Shown: positions 9,626-19,241 of the stretch, piece by piece | Layout: each line of letters starts with the position of its first letter | Position numbering within the stretch: position 1 is the first letter of the stretch | IMG/VR virus record: IMGVR_UViG_3300035698_017305 | Coordinates: 1 to 64,000 of that record | DNA: 64,000 nt | DNA from: a virus | Strand: one strand, 5' to 3' | Notes under the pieces: model-generated | Database searches by the model: none | What the model was told of the DNA's origin: nothing | The model's input: only the letters and a program-made list of their open reading frames with translations | Program-made: the position numbers and the translations under genes

Positions 9626-10384
9626 TCACTGTGTGAAGAAACCGTGAGAGCTCACGGTCCCCGTAGCTGCTTTGCTTGCCCTTATAACAGAGCTAGACAC
9701 TACTCCCATAGCCGCCCTGATTTCACTCGGGTCGGATGTCAGGATGTTCTTCTCCGGAATACCGATGTCTGAGGCCACTTTCTTGGGGTCATACCCAAAC
9801 GCAACCAGTCCTGGGATCAGGATCTCGTCGTGAATACCATTCTCGATCAGCACCTTGGTATTCTTGGCAGAGTCCCGAAGGCTGCTGTTATCCTGGCCGT
9901 CGGTGATAAGCACCCACATAACCCGGACACGGTACCTTGCGTTCTTGAGCAGATCCTGGGCATAGGCCAAAGCCCCGGCCAGTGAACGCTCTGCTGCTGT
10001 GTACTCAGCCGTGGCATCGCCATCAGCGTCGTAGTCTGCCGTGGTGATGGGCTTCACGTCCGCCATCTTCTGGTTGGCGAAGATAATGTCGATGTGGTTC
10101 CGGGTGTCGAACTTCCAGAGTGTCATCAACATAGTATCCGACTCCTTCGAGTTCTGAAGGGAGTCTATCAGGTTGTTGGCACCGTCGATCACTGCATCCC
10201 GGTGACCAGACATGCTCACTGAGTTATCGAGAACCAGGACCACGAGGTTAGCTTCCTCAGCGTCATCCATGTCATCCAGGTCAGGACCGACAGCAGCACT
10301 TGCCGCGTCGTCGTTCATGTTGGTAATGATGGTTTGAACTGCACCATCCTCAAACAGTTGTGCCAGAGCTTTCTTGTCCGCCAT
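9626..10384 (-). CDS. vWA-domain protein (TerY-like)
   Basis: MIDAS DxSxS (VLDNSVSM), T and LITDG motifs. Confidence 0.85.
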   Translation of the reverse strand: MADKKALAQLFEDGAVQTIITNMNDDAASAAVGPDLDDMDDAEEANLVVLVLDNSVSMSGHRDAVIDGANNLIDSLQNSKESDTMLMTLWKFDTRNHIDIIFANQKMADVKPITTADYDADGDATAEYTAAERSLAGALAYAQDLLKNARYRVRVMWVLITDGQDNSSLRDSAKNTKVLIENGIHDEILIPGLVAFGYDPKKVASDIGIPEKNILTSDPSEIRAAMGVVSSSVIRASKAATGTVSSHGFFTQ

Positions 10385-10393
10385 ATTCTTTCC

Positions 10394-11479
10394 TTAGACC
10401 AACCCACACAGGCCGTCGTTAGAGGTTACGATGTTAGCGCCCATTGCCGCAAAGCGGGCGAATTCTGCTTCCGCGATTTCATTGAACTTGATCATGGACC
10501 CGTCGGGCAGAGGGGTGTCCGGAACACTGCTCATGCAGTCTTCGACTATATACACCCTCTTTTTCATATTGTCGTTCAGGGCTCGTCCATCCACTCCATC
10601 GAACAGTTGCTGCAAGGATGTGAGGACACAGTGAGACTTGGCCTGCCCAAACACGAACAAGGCATCCAACTTCTCGATTGCCTGGATGACTTCCAGGTTG
10701 AGACCCTGAGCCGTTGGGTACGAGCTGCTCGGTACAGTCTTCTCCGGAGAGAAGATCCCATAATTCTCTGTCATACCCTCTTGTCCCTTGGACAGCACCT
10801 TGGGCTCCATGATTCGGGCCATGCTCCAGAACATTGCGGCTTCAGCCAGCAGGGGCATCAGAGCCCGGTATGCTGCGAACTGGACACAGTGTGTCGGCCA
10901 GAGGACCAGGGGCGGCTTACCATTGGCTGCGAGGTACTCCACATACTCCACAGCGTCCTTCAGGACCATGGTGAAGGGGCGGATTTTGCCTGCCCGCAGA
11001 ACATCAGGGGTGATGACGGTAAACGGTGCGGGGTGGTTGTTGGTTGAGTCGTCCCACCACGACCAGGGATGAAAGATGCTGAAGATGTGATGGGTGTCCA
11101 GGGATGCCCTGATGGAGGTGACGGCATGGCCATGGTTGTACAGCCACTCTGCGGTTTTAGCCACATCTTCTTGTGCTCCAGGAACATATAATGACCCGGT
11201 GGAAGGTCCAAGGACTCGGGCTATGTCTGCTGCCAGTGGCTCTGTATCTGTCACCCCTACGCTGCCAAGGCACTTCTTCACCTGGGCTTCAAACTCACCC
11301 GGGCCTTCCAGGCAGAAATCGGGCTGCATGTCTATCCAGAGGACCCCGATGTTGGGCCGGGCAGGATCTGCGTTAACTGTGTCCCATCCGGAAGCGTTGG
11401 CCGCCGGTTCGATAATGCTCAGGTCCGGTTGGAACATGAGCCCCGCTTTTCTCCTGTCGAAGAATGAAGGCAATGCCAT
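10394..11479 (-). CDS. Isochorismatase-family cysteine hydrolase (nicotinamidase-like)
   Basis: IDMQPDFC, LDTH, WPTHCV, KG, GQAKSHCV motifs. Confidence 0.85.
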   Translation of the reverse strand: MALPSFFDRRKAGLMFQPDLSIIEPAANASGWDTVNADPARPNIGVLWIDMQPDFCLEGPGEFEAQVKKCLGSVGVTDTEPLAADIARVLGPSTGSLYVPGAQEDVAKTAEWLYNHGHAVTSIRASLDTHHIFSIFHPWSWWDDSTNNHPAPFTVITPDVLRAGKIRPFTMVLKDAVEYVEYLAANGKPPLVLWPTHCVQFAAYRALMPLLAEAAMFWSMARIMEPKVLSKGQEGMTENYGIFSPEKTVPSSSYPTAQGLNLEVIQAIEKLDALFVFGQAKSHCVLTSLQQLFDGVDGRALNDNMKKRVYIVEDCMSSVPDTPLPDGSMIKFNEIAEAEFARFAAMGANIVTSNDGLCGLV

Positions 11480-11481
11480 AA

Positions 11482-13389
11482 TTACTTTCCTTTTCTCATA
11501 GTGATGTGTACGATCCGGTTACTATCTACAGCCAGCAGACCATTACCACATACATGCAGTGATGTCTCTGCTGACACTATACCTTTGGTGTCGGGGAACT
11601 TAGTTATCTTGGTCGTACCATAGATCTCCATCCCGTCATCTGTTGGCACCGCCAATGATTCCCGGAGAAGGGCGATGCCATGCACATCCTCCACATCTGG
11701 TTGGATAGACATAGTAGTTCTGCCAGTGGCGGTATCTATGAAGTCGGCATAGATGGTCTCAACTCCCTTCACCACCAGCTTCTGGAGAATGACTGCCATG
11801 CTGTGGCTATCATCAAACTTGATACTCATGTCCACCATCTTGTAAGGCGGCATCATATCTGTCTGTACCTTGGCCAGGATATAGCCCTGACTGGGGTGTC
11901 TGATAAACCAACTGTCCTTATCAAAGGACCGGTAGAACCCGGCTATAACTCCTGCCGGTGACACGCTGAACCATGTCTGACCCGCAATGGCCCCACACAC
12001 CTGCGAGGACATGAGTCCATACTTCAGATCTTTGGTCTTCACTATGTGAGGTCCCCGTATGAAGTACACGTTATCGCTGTCATCAGTTTCAAACACAGGC
12101 TTAACCCCGTTGTACAGATCAACAGGTGTACGGTCCACGTTACAGTCCCCAATCGCCGTTATCTCAGAAGGTTCCCGGGATACGCCGGACATGATGGTGT
12201 AGTTGGGAGACAGCGCATACCTTGGAGCGCATCCAGGAGTCCGTAGGTCCGTACCACTCACCCCTCCTCTTGTGTTCCTTCTCCACACCATGTCGTTTCC
12301 ATGGCCCTTAGTTATCCAGGCGGCAGAGCCATCCCCGAACAGGCGGAAAGTGGTTATCGGATTGTGCCTATCTGTTGACCACCACGACTCCACTTCGATA
12401 GCTCCTTTCACCGTTACTGCCTGCGGTGCTAGCTGTACCATGGGGGCTACCTTGCTGCACGCTGGGCACGCCTTTCTTTCCTGGCTGAAGAATGCTCCAC
12501 AATCAGAACAGGTGACCCCTTTACCCAGCTCTGCCACCACAGCCGCTATGATGGCTTGGGGAGTCACTGTCTTCTTGTCCCGGAACACCCCAATTAACAT
12601 GTCCAACATCTCGTTAGACATCACGGTGTGCGGAATACCTGATCTGGGGTACTCAACATCTGGGCTTAGCACGTCCACACCTTTCTGAATCCGCAGGATC
12701 AGGTTGCCATTTGGGAACTTCGCATCGTCTGTGTGCCGTCCGCCAAACGGATGTATCATGGTCATACTCTGGAACAGCATCACTAACAATGCCCACCAGT
12801 CAGTTTCCTTGGTGAAGTAGGCGTGGCCGTCATCCAGGTTCTTCCCAATCAATGATGGATGTATGAACTTCTGGGATGCCACCACACACGGGAACCCTTT
12901 GATCTGGAATGAGTCTGCATCCATCCATAGAGTTTTGTGCAGGTTAGGGATGTTCTGTGTCATGTGCATAATGCCGAGGTCATTGAGATCACCGACCACA
13001 ACTCCAAACCCATGTATGACATCAAGGGTTGTAGCGGCATGCCGCATCACGGACAGTGAATCTTTGTTGGTAGCTCCTGACTTTCTTCTCCTACCTTTGG
13101 AAGACAGATCATATACTTCAATAGCCTCACCCAAGGGGGCTAGTTTCATAACAAACCCTATGACCTTTCCTTTCTGGAAAACCAAGTCTTGAGGGGCAAG
13201 TACGTTGGAGGGGAGTGGGAGACTCGCTACAAATGCCTCCAGTTTCTTCCCTCTGTTTGGGGTTGGGTCATGGTATAGCTTTACCGCTAAATCGGTGCTA
13301 AGCCTCACCACTGCTCCTTCCCCTCCCTTACCAAGTAGATCTTTCTGTGGGTCAAGCGTTACTGTCTTGCCCTTTATCTCCACCTTCAT
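11482..13389 (-). CDS. Ser/Thr-kinase-like protein with Zn ribbon and C-terminal extension
   Basis: LGKGGEGAV Gly loop, AVKLY, VVGDLN, DADS, DWWAL..HPF; CxxC...CxxC. Confidence 0.85.
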   Translation of the reverse strand: MKVEIKGKTVTLDPQKDLLGKGGEGAVVRLSTDLAVKLYHDPTPNRGKKLEAFVASLPLPSNVLAPQDLVFQKGKVIGFVMKLAPLGEAIEVYDLSSKGRRRKSGATNKDSLSVMRHAATTLDVIHGFGVVVGDLNDLGIMHMTQNIPNLHKTLWMDADSFQIKGFPCVVASQKFIHPSLIGKNLDDGHAYFTKETDWWALLVMLFQSMTMIHPFGGRHTDDAKFPNGNLILRIQKGVDVLSPDVEYPRSGIPHTVMSNEMLDMLIGVFRDKKTVTPQAIIAAVVAELGKGVTCSDCGAFFSQERKACPACSKVAPMVQLAPQAVTVKGAIEVESWWSTDRHNPITTFRLFGDGSAAWITKGHGNDMVWRRNTRGGVSGTDLRTPGCAPRYALSPNYTIMSGVSREPSEITAIGDCNVDRTPVDLYNGVKPVFETDDSDNVYFIRGPHIVKTKDLKYGLMSSQVCGAIAGQTWFSVSPAGVIAGFYRSFDKDSWFIRHPSQGYILAKVQTDMMPPYKMVDMSIKFDDSHSMAVILQKLVVKGVETIYADFIDTATGRTTMSIQPDVEDVHGIALLRESLAVPTDDGMEIYGTTKITKFPDTKGIVSAETSLHVCGNGLLAVDSNRIVHITMRKGK

Positions 13390-14224
13390 CGTCTTCTGCC
13401 CCCCTGTTCCAAATTAAACATACTACAGCCGTGTCATCGTCAAAGCCCCACTCCGGGTCCGGCTTCGGTTTGAACAATGCGTGACCCGAGTTCATCCACC
13501 TCTGTAGTTTCTTAGGTCCCAAATTAAACAGTTCCTGAGTCCTATCCTCCTTTACCAACCTTTCCATTCCATCAGTGGATATGAACAGGAGGTAAGGGTC
13601 GAGAGAGTAGAAGTTCACTAGGTTGAACTGTTTGTCCCCCATCCCTTTCAGGCTCAATGGGTCCACAGTCCTGTAGGCCAAGTAGGATGGGGTGTTATCC
13701 TTATCTCCCAGTTCGTGCACAACCACCTTATCGTTGTGGGATTGCCGCACCCCCAAGTACCCGTCTCCAGCAGAACCAACGAATACGTGGGCATCCACTG
13801 TCAGGGAGTAGATGATTGTGGTCAGGAAGAATTCGTTAACGAACCAACTCCGCTCATGCTCTGACCGAATGACTGGTAGGCATTGTGCCAGTGTCAGGTT
13901 GATAAGATTTAGACAGGCGTTCTCAACCGCTTGGCTAACCCACTCTTGTTCAGGTACCCCATTATGAACCCCCATGAAGATCAGACGGGAGTTGATTACT
14001 TCCGGTATTATGTTTAGTAGTAGGGTACCTAGGAGGGAGGAGCCAACTTCCGAATGCTTACCACTCCCGCACCCATCCAGCACAACCCCGAAGGTGCACT
14101 TCCTGTCACCGATCTCCCAGGAGCGCACCCCTGAAAAATCCTGACAGTTCTTCCCCTGTAACGCGTGATCCCGTCCCTGTATACAGGCAGAGTACGCAGT
14201 AAAGAAATCCCGCCGTTCCATCAC
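13352..14224 (-). CDS. PP2C-like phosphatase
   Basis: GRDH...NCQD, VLDGCGS, GDG, STDG, DDDT. Confidence 0.85.
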   Translation of the reverse strand: MMERRDFFTAYSACIQGRDHALQGKNCQDFSGVRSWEIGDRKCTFGVVLDGCGSGKHSEVGSSLLGTLLLNIIPEVINSRLIFMGVHNGVPEQEWVSQAVENACLNLINLTLAQCLPVIRSEHERSWFVNEFFLTTIIYSLTVDAHVFVGSAGDGYLGVRQSHNDKVVVHELGDKDNTPSYLAYRTVDPLSLKGMGDKQFNLVNFYSLDPYLLFISTDGMERLVKEDRTQELFNLGPKKLQRWMNSGHALFKPKPDPEWGFDDDTAVVCLIWNRGAEDDEGGDKGQDSNA

Positions 14225-14256
14225 ATCCTCCTTGTTTGTTTACTTCGTCACTACTC

Positions 14257-14811
14257 TTATGGCATTTCGTGGTACTGTTTTCCGTACTTCTGGTTCCAGA
14301 GTCTGATAGCCTCTGTTACTAGCCGCCCGTTGTTAGACTCTCTGGAACAGATCCTAGCTGCCTCTTCCCCGCCAACTAACCTCTTCAGTAAGTCTAGGGT
14401 TTTCCCTCTACTGTTAAACAGATCCGACCATTTCGGAACTTCCTGCCTAGGGTTAGGTGGGAGAGAGTCTCTACCCATTTCCCACAGCCCGTCATGATCC
14501 ATTGAGGGCATAGTCTCAACCAGTTCTTGGAGGACCTTCATGGCATTAACCTTATTTGGGTAGGTGGCTCCGGGTATGTCCAACTCTAGCTTATCGACCG
14601 CAGCAGTGTTTACAATACCGATACCTATCTCAGTCCTCTCCTTCTCCCTGGGGCATTCCAGTTGTCCCCACGCATCCAGCATACGCTCTTCCTCTTCTTC
14701 CCTTGATACCACGTTCACCTTTACTTTAACTTTCTTTCTATTGTCTATTGGTAACTGTTCTTTTTCGAGTTTGTGCACAGAGATGTGCGAGCTGACCTTG
14801 GGCATACTCAT
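14257..14811 (-). CDS. Hypothetical protein
   Basis: 184 aa ORF. Confidence 0.6.
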   Translation of the reverse strand: MSMPKVSSHISVHKLEKEQLPIDNRKKVKVKVNVVSREEEEERMLDAWGQLECPREKERTEIGIGIVNTAAVDKLELDIPGATYPNKVNAMKVLQELVETMPSMDHDGLWEMGRDSLPPNPRQEVPKWSDLFNSRGKTLDLLKRLVGGEEAARICSRESNNGRLVTEAIRLWNQKYGKQYHEMP

Positions 14812-15167
14812 GGTTAACCTCTTGATGTTATTGATACTCTTATGACAAAAAAACGCCCATAGTCTGGAGGGTTGACTATGGGCAAATATAGAACGTGTCT
14901 CACACAGTTACAGTGTAGACCTAAAAGGGTATTGGGTCAATCAGGAGCTAAGGTGATAGCCCAGGGCCGAAGCCCTGAGCACACACCCAAATATTGAACA
15001 TCCAAGTTCAAACATTACCGCACAGAATATCTAATGGAGTAGAAACTCCGAGTATGCCCCTGTTATGGAAGTGAGGTTTTAGTCTCGTGAAACGTCCCGT
15101 TTCTTCTTCCACTACTCTTATAGCTAAAAAGGAGAGGGTGTTCGCACCACCCTTCCTCTTATTGCTC

Positions 15168-16088
15168 TCAGTCGAGCCAGAACACTCCACCAGGACCAGT
15201 GAAGGCACCGGAAGCCTCTGCCCCTACCTCATTGTTCCGGATGACGTGGAACCATTTACGCCCCAACTTGAGGGGTGCATGGTCGGAATGGGTCACACGC
15301 CCTCTTACGAACACTTCCTGGGGACGTACACTGAATCCGTGCTTGAGCCGGTAAGCTTCCGGGATGGTCCTCACGATTTCAGCCGCCTTGTGCGGATTAC
15401 CCCCCGGTCCAATCGGTTCACCTTTGTGGATGAGGTGAGGTTCATCAGCCAGGACCCTCTCCAGGCTCTTCTGCCGTTCCTCATTCAGAGGGAGGAAGAA
15501 CCATTCACCCTGCCTCTTGGTACCCTTGCCAGTGGGTCCATCGGCCAGAGTCAAGGTGGTTGGTTTCAGGCTTACATGGGCATCCTTCACGGAAGTCCCT
15601 TTGATGAACTGAGCGATGAAAAGCTGACGTTCATCAACCCCCATCAGGAACTTGCGGGTGCCCCCTCCAACCTTGGTCTGCCTCCTCTGAACTTGGATGG
15701 AGGACTTTTCGCAGAACTGCTCTTTGCAGATCAGGTTCTTTTCCTTGACAGTGGGGTTGTGGTCCATGCGATGGGTGCGATGGGTGTTGCCGGACACATA
15801 CACATCCCACACGGTCGTGAGCTCTCCCTCTTCTTTGACCAGGAGTGTCAACTGGCGCAGAGATTTGTCAGTGGACATTATCGTAATATTAGCGATCCCA
15901 GGCCACACGCGGAAGACTTCACCACGAGTGGACTTGTGCTTCTTGGAGAACTTACGATTGATGTCGATCTGGAACTGATCCTCGTTGAAAGCCCTCAAGG
16001 GCTTCTGGAGAACCTGGATCTTAAGTCCGGCACGGTCAAAACCTTGCCGAATAACGTGTGCTGCTGTTACTGTTGCCGTCATTACCAC
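15168..16088 (-). CDS. Hypothetical phage protein
   Basis: 306 aa; SD AGGAGG; RQGEWFF, NPH, HSDH motifs. Confidence 0.75.
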   Translation of the reverse strand: MVMTATVTAAHVIRQGFDRAGLKIQVLQKPLRAFNEDQFQIDINRKFSKKHKSTRGEVFRVWPGIANITIMSTDKSLRQLTLLVKEEGELTTVWDVYVSGNTHRTHRMDHNPTVKEKNLICKEQFCEKSSIQVQRRQTKVGGGTRKFLMGVDERQLFIAQFIKGTSVKDAHVSLKPTTLTLADGPTGKGTKRQGEWFFLPLNEERQKSLERVLADEPHLIHKGEPIGPGGNPHKAAEIVRTIPEAYRLKHGFSVRPQEVFVRGRVTHSDHAPLKLGRKWFHVIRNNEVGAEASGAFTGPGGVFWLD

Positions 16089-16106
16089 CTCCTGGTTAGT
16101 ATTGTT

Positions 16107-16991
16107 CTAATCGAACCTATCTCTCCTACGCATCTTCTTCTTCAACTGGGCCATGTGGTCCTCCAGTCTCTTCTCAGCTTCTTTGACCCTATCCTCAGCA
16201 TCTTTGAGCCTAGCCGTCTTAGCGTCTATTCTCTGAAACTCAGGCATGGGCATGGGCGCTCTGGGTAAACCATATCCTCTTCGGCTGCTGACGGGGGGTT
16301 CTATGACATTTTGGAGTTCGGAGTGTATACATGGGTTTCCAATTACCGCCCACAACGCCTTACCTTCAGTCTCCCATCTCCCCTTTTGCTTGTCCGCAAA
16401 CTCTCTCAGGGACTCTGGGGACTCAACGGAGTAGTTGTCAAACCGGTAGAAGTAACGCCACTTCCAGTGGTCGCCTTCCATATAGTATTCCCCAAACCCA
16501 AAGGTCTTGATCCGGCCCCAGTACTTCTTGCTGATGATGTTCCGGGCTATGTCAGCCTCTGGTCTTCCAAACTCAGGCTTAACCAGCATGCCGGTGTGTA
16601 TAGCTCCGATATATCCACCCTTTGTTTTGTACACACATGCTATGTGAGCACCAGCACCACTGTCTAATGGAGTGTGAAAGGAGACTCGGAACAGGCACTT
16701 GTCTTTGTATAACTTGGGTGTGAGGTAATACTTGAACCATATCGCTGCATCCTCACAGTCACCACCTCTGTCCTGATCCGTTTCTTCCACTGTTTTGGGG
16801 TAGCCTCTCCCCACTTCATCAAACTGGTATTCCAGGATTAGGTGCCAGTATAGGAATAGTGTCCAGTCTGTCCCTCTCGTCTCCGCACTGAAAAAGTTAC
16901 AGTATACCCACTCGTAAACCCAGGATATGGGTGATCGCACCACATACCAGATCTTCAGTAGGTATTCCATTTGGTTTCTGTTTAGGGTCAT
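16107..16991 (-). CDS. Transglutaminase-like cysteine-peptidase-fold protein
   Basis: GGDCEDAA plus downstream HIACVY; ATGA overlap with upstream gene. Confidence 0.55.
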   Translation of the reverse strand: MTLNRNQMEYLLKIWYVVRSPISWVYEWVYCNFFSAETRGTDWTLFLYWHLILEYQFDEVGRGYPKTVEETDQDRGGDCEDAAIWFKYYLTPKLYKDKCLFRVSFHTPLDSGAGAHIACVYKTKGGYIGAIHTGMLVKPEFGRPEADIARNIISKKYWGRIKTFGFGEYYMEGDHWKWRYFYRFDNYSVESPESLREFADKQKGRWETEGKALWAVIGNPCIHSELQNVIEPPVSSRRGYGLPRAPMPMPEFQRIDAKTARLKDAEDRVKEAEKRLEDHMAQLKKKMRRRDRFD

Positions 16992-17578
16992 GGGTATTCT
17001 CCGCATACTTTGAACAAGTCATCTAGTTCCTTCCAGGCGGCCTCTCCTATGCCAGTGTCTAAGGCTTCCCGGAATTTCTTGTGTTCCTTGTGGTACATAA
17101 GCAATTTGTGGTGGGAGTCGGCGCGGGATCGCCGAACATTAGCTATCCTGTCACATAACTTCAACCATGTAGCTGTGGGGTGCCCATCTATTTTCAGATA
17201 GGTCTTCTCATGTCTCTCTTTACGGTTACGCCCCGGTTCATCTGTAACTCTCCATACCGCTTCAGCCACTGATGGACCGAACCAAAACAGTACATCCAGT
17301 TGGGTGACGTTTGTGTCTTCCACTATGTCGTGGAGGTAGGCGCATATGCGTACAAGTATGGGTAGGTTAAACTCGCGGACAATTGAGTCCACATCTTCCA
17401 GGTGGCAGTAATAAGGTTCCCCGTGTCCGTACTCTTGACCTCTATGACACGACTCTGCCATTTCTCTGGCGAGTTGTAGGAACGCTTTATCTGGGGTGGG
17501 TATTGTGCAGAAGACTGATGCAGGCAGGCTGGATCTTGTCCAGACATCCAATGGATTGCAGTTTGGTATGAGAGTCAT
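16988..17578 (-). CDS. HD-domain hydrolase, SpoT/Mesh1-type (p)ppGpp-hydrolase-like
   Basis: HRGQ..G.EPY..H, AYLHDIVEDT, VTD, KLCDRIANVR; TAATG coupling. Confidence 0.85.
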   Translation of the reverse strand: MTLIPNCNPLDVWTRSSLPASVFCTIPTPDKAFLQLAREMAESCHRGQEYGHGEPYYCHLEDVDSIVREFNLPILVRICAYLHDIVEDTNVTQLDVLFWFGPSVAEAVWRVTDEPGRNRKERHEKTYLKIDGHPTATWLKLCDRIANVRRSRADSHHKLLMYHKEHKKFREALDTGIGEAAWKELDDLFKVCGEYP

Positions 17579-17808
17579 TACCAAGTACTCGATCTAAGCT
17601 GGATCGGTGGGGTTGCATGGACCGTCCATTTAGGTAGAGTGTCCTCGTTACCGTTGGTCAACTCGGCTACCAGATCAGAGGAAGGCCGCCTCCATGGGCC
17701 CCTGGATAACTTATACTGTGCCCATACCCACATTTTAATGAATAGGTTATCCGGCAGCCTTATGTATTCTATCAAGGATTTACGGGGATGATTGCGAATG
17801 AGTATCAT
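17578..17808 (-). CDS. Small hypothetical protein
   Basis: 76 aa; SD AGGAG. Confidence 0.55.
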   Translation of the reverse strand: MILIRNHPRKSLIEYIRLPDNLFIKMWVWAQYKLSRGPWRRPSSDLVAELTNGNEDTLPKWTVHATPPIQLRSSTW

Positions 17809-17831
17809 TGTATTCTCCTATGGGTGGGTAA

Positions 17832-17906
17832 TGCCCGTGGAGGGATTTGAACCCCCGACACAGAGTACTAGAAGCTCCTGCTCTAACCAGACTGAGCTAC
17901 ACAGGC
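17832..17906 (-). tRNA. tRNA with CUA anticodon (amber suppressor-type)
   Basis: GCCTGTG/CACGGGC acceptor, canonical D and T arms, 5-nt variable loop; loop TT-CTA-GT at 32-38; C31.A39 mismatch. Confidence 0.75.
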
Positions 17907-17909
17907 TTA

Positions 17910-18033
17910 TGGCGGCGGGAGGAATTGAACCTCCAACCTTCCTAGTCCGTCCAGTGTTCCCAAATCAACAGCATTTGACTACGTGTTGTTTGAAGGACGC
18001 CAAGGATGCATCTACCAATTGAGCTACACCGCC
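17910..18033 (-). ncRNA. tRNA-like RNA with anticodon loop replaced by a long hairpin
   Basis: GGCGGTG/CGCCGCC acceptor, D arm, T arm GGAGG-TTCAATT-CCTCC; TCCT/AGGA stem extended by CGTCC/GGACG and CAAACAACA/TGTTGATTTG. Confidence 0.7.
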
Positions 18034-18082
18034 TTAGTGGGGATGAGGCTGTCACCTCCCACCCCCCTCTAGTTCAAAGTCC

Positions 18083-18388
18083 TTATAATAGCTTCAGCGA
18101 TCCCACTGCGTCAGCCATATCTCCGGATGGGGGTCCCATGAATGTGTAAGCTGTGGCTTCATTGCCTATGTCCGGCTCCACAAATATAGCCCCGTCTGGG
18201 ATTGATTCCACAAAGTCTTTCAACTCCGATTCGTCCTGGACCTTTAACAACACCATAGTGCTGTCCCAGTCAGCTAACTATCCAGGGGCTGCGTCAGCAA
18301 CGTATTCTGCTACTGAGTGGCAGGCTTGAACAGCTTGTTGGGATTTGCTTAAATCAGCTCTGACTAATGTGTACAGTCGCTTCTTCAT
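18083..18388 (-). CDS. Pth2-like peptidyl-tRNA hydrolase fold protein with in-frame TAG at codon 37 (not in ORF track)
   Basis: MKKRLYTLVRADLSKSQQAVQACHSVAEY...PG*LADWDSTMVLLKVQDESEL...FVEPDIGNEATA...LKLL; SD GGAGG; 306 nt; TAG at 18278-18280. Confidence 0.75.
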
Positions 18389-18695
18389 CGCTTTCCTCCA
18401 TAGCTGGCTTTGGGATCCTGTAGTCCCCCGATTCGTGTCCCACTTCAGTCACAAAGTCCTGAGCGTATTCGCGTACATCTACACCGAAATGCTTCTCAAT
18501 GAAGTACAGCACAGATCTCTTTGTCGGTTGGTTATGTTCACGATTCTTTTGTTCAATCATACGTAGGGACCGGCCTTTGAGTAAACAATAGGCGATATGA
18601 TTAAATCTCAGGGTTTCTGAGCTAGCAGTGTCCTTCAGATCTTTCTGAAGTTGCTTCAGGTGGGCCATCTTTTCTAGGAACTCTTGTCGTTGCAC
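18354..18695 (-). CDS. Hypothetical phage protein
   Basis: 113 aa; overlaps start of Pth2-like gene. Confidence 0.7.
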   Translation of the reverse strand: MQRQEFLEKMAHLKQLQKDLKDTASSETLRFNHIAYCLLKGRSLRMIEQKNREHNQPTKRSVLYFIEKHFGVDVREYAQDFVTEVGHESGDYRIPKPAMEESDEEATVHISQS

Positions 18696-18772
18696 CTACG
18701 TCATGATCCTGTCCTTTCAGTTACAGGTTATGGTGTATACATGAATGTAACCATCCATGTTCGTGTGTTAAG

Positions 18773-18846
18773 TCGGGGCGAGAGGATTCGAACCTCCGAC
18801 ATCATGCTCCCAAAGCATGCGCGCTACCGGACTGCGCCACGCCCCG
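18773..18846 (-). tRNA. trnP: tRNA-Pro(TGG)
   Basis: CGGGGCG acceptor; CATGC-TTTGGGA-GCATG. Confidence 0.95.
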
Positions 18847-18921
18847 TTACCCCCTATCTATATCACAGACTGTTGATGATGACCACAAAGAATGCAGTTA
18901 AAATCCCAGACATCAAAATAA

Positions 18922-19227
18922 TTATCCTACCCATCTCCCTTCTTTCGTAAAGCCAGCTCTACGTCCTTTCTTTTTCAGCTTGGCTAAGACGTCCCTCTTA
19001 ACAGTCTCGCCAGCCTTAGTCAGTTTCACCCATCTTGGACCCATATCACGCACATGATCATCGTCCCAGACCAACTCCAGTAACCCCTTGTTGACTAATG
19101 CCATCAGGGTTTGGGTCCTATACTCCATCCCGGGAATTTGGTACAGCCCCGGGTGTCCATCTCCAGTATCTTCCCCGGGGTCCGGGATAAAGGTGATCCA
19201 GGTTTTCATTAGTGATGTTAGCCGCAT
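18922..19227 (-). CDS. Hypothetical protein (possible winged-helix C-terminus)
   Basis: Start re-placed at MRLTSL after SD AGGAGG; LVNKGLLELV...VKLTKAG. Confidence 0.6.
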   Translation of the reverse strand: MRLTSLMKTWITFIPDPGEDTGDGHPGLYQIPGMEYRTQTLMALVNKGLLELVWDDDHVRDMGPRWVKLTKAGETVKRDVLAKLKKKGRRAGFTKEGRWVG

Positions 19228-19241
19228 GCCTCCTCCTAAAG

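Noticed and set aside
15087-16268. 393-aa plus-strand ORF
   Set aside because: Antisense shadow of 15168-16088, which has the SD and fits the operon
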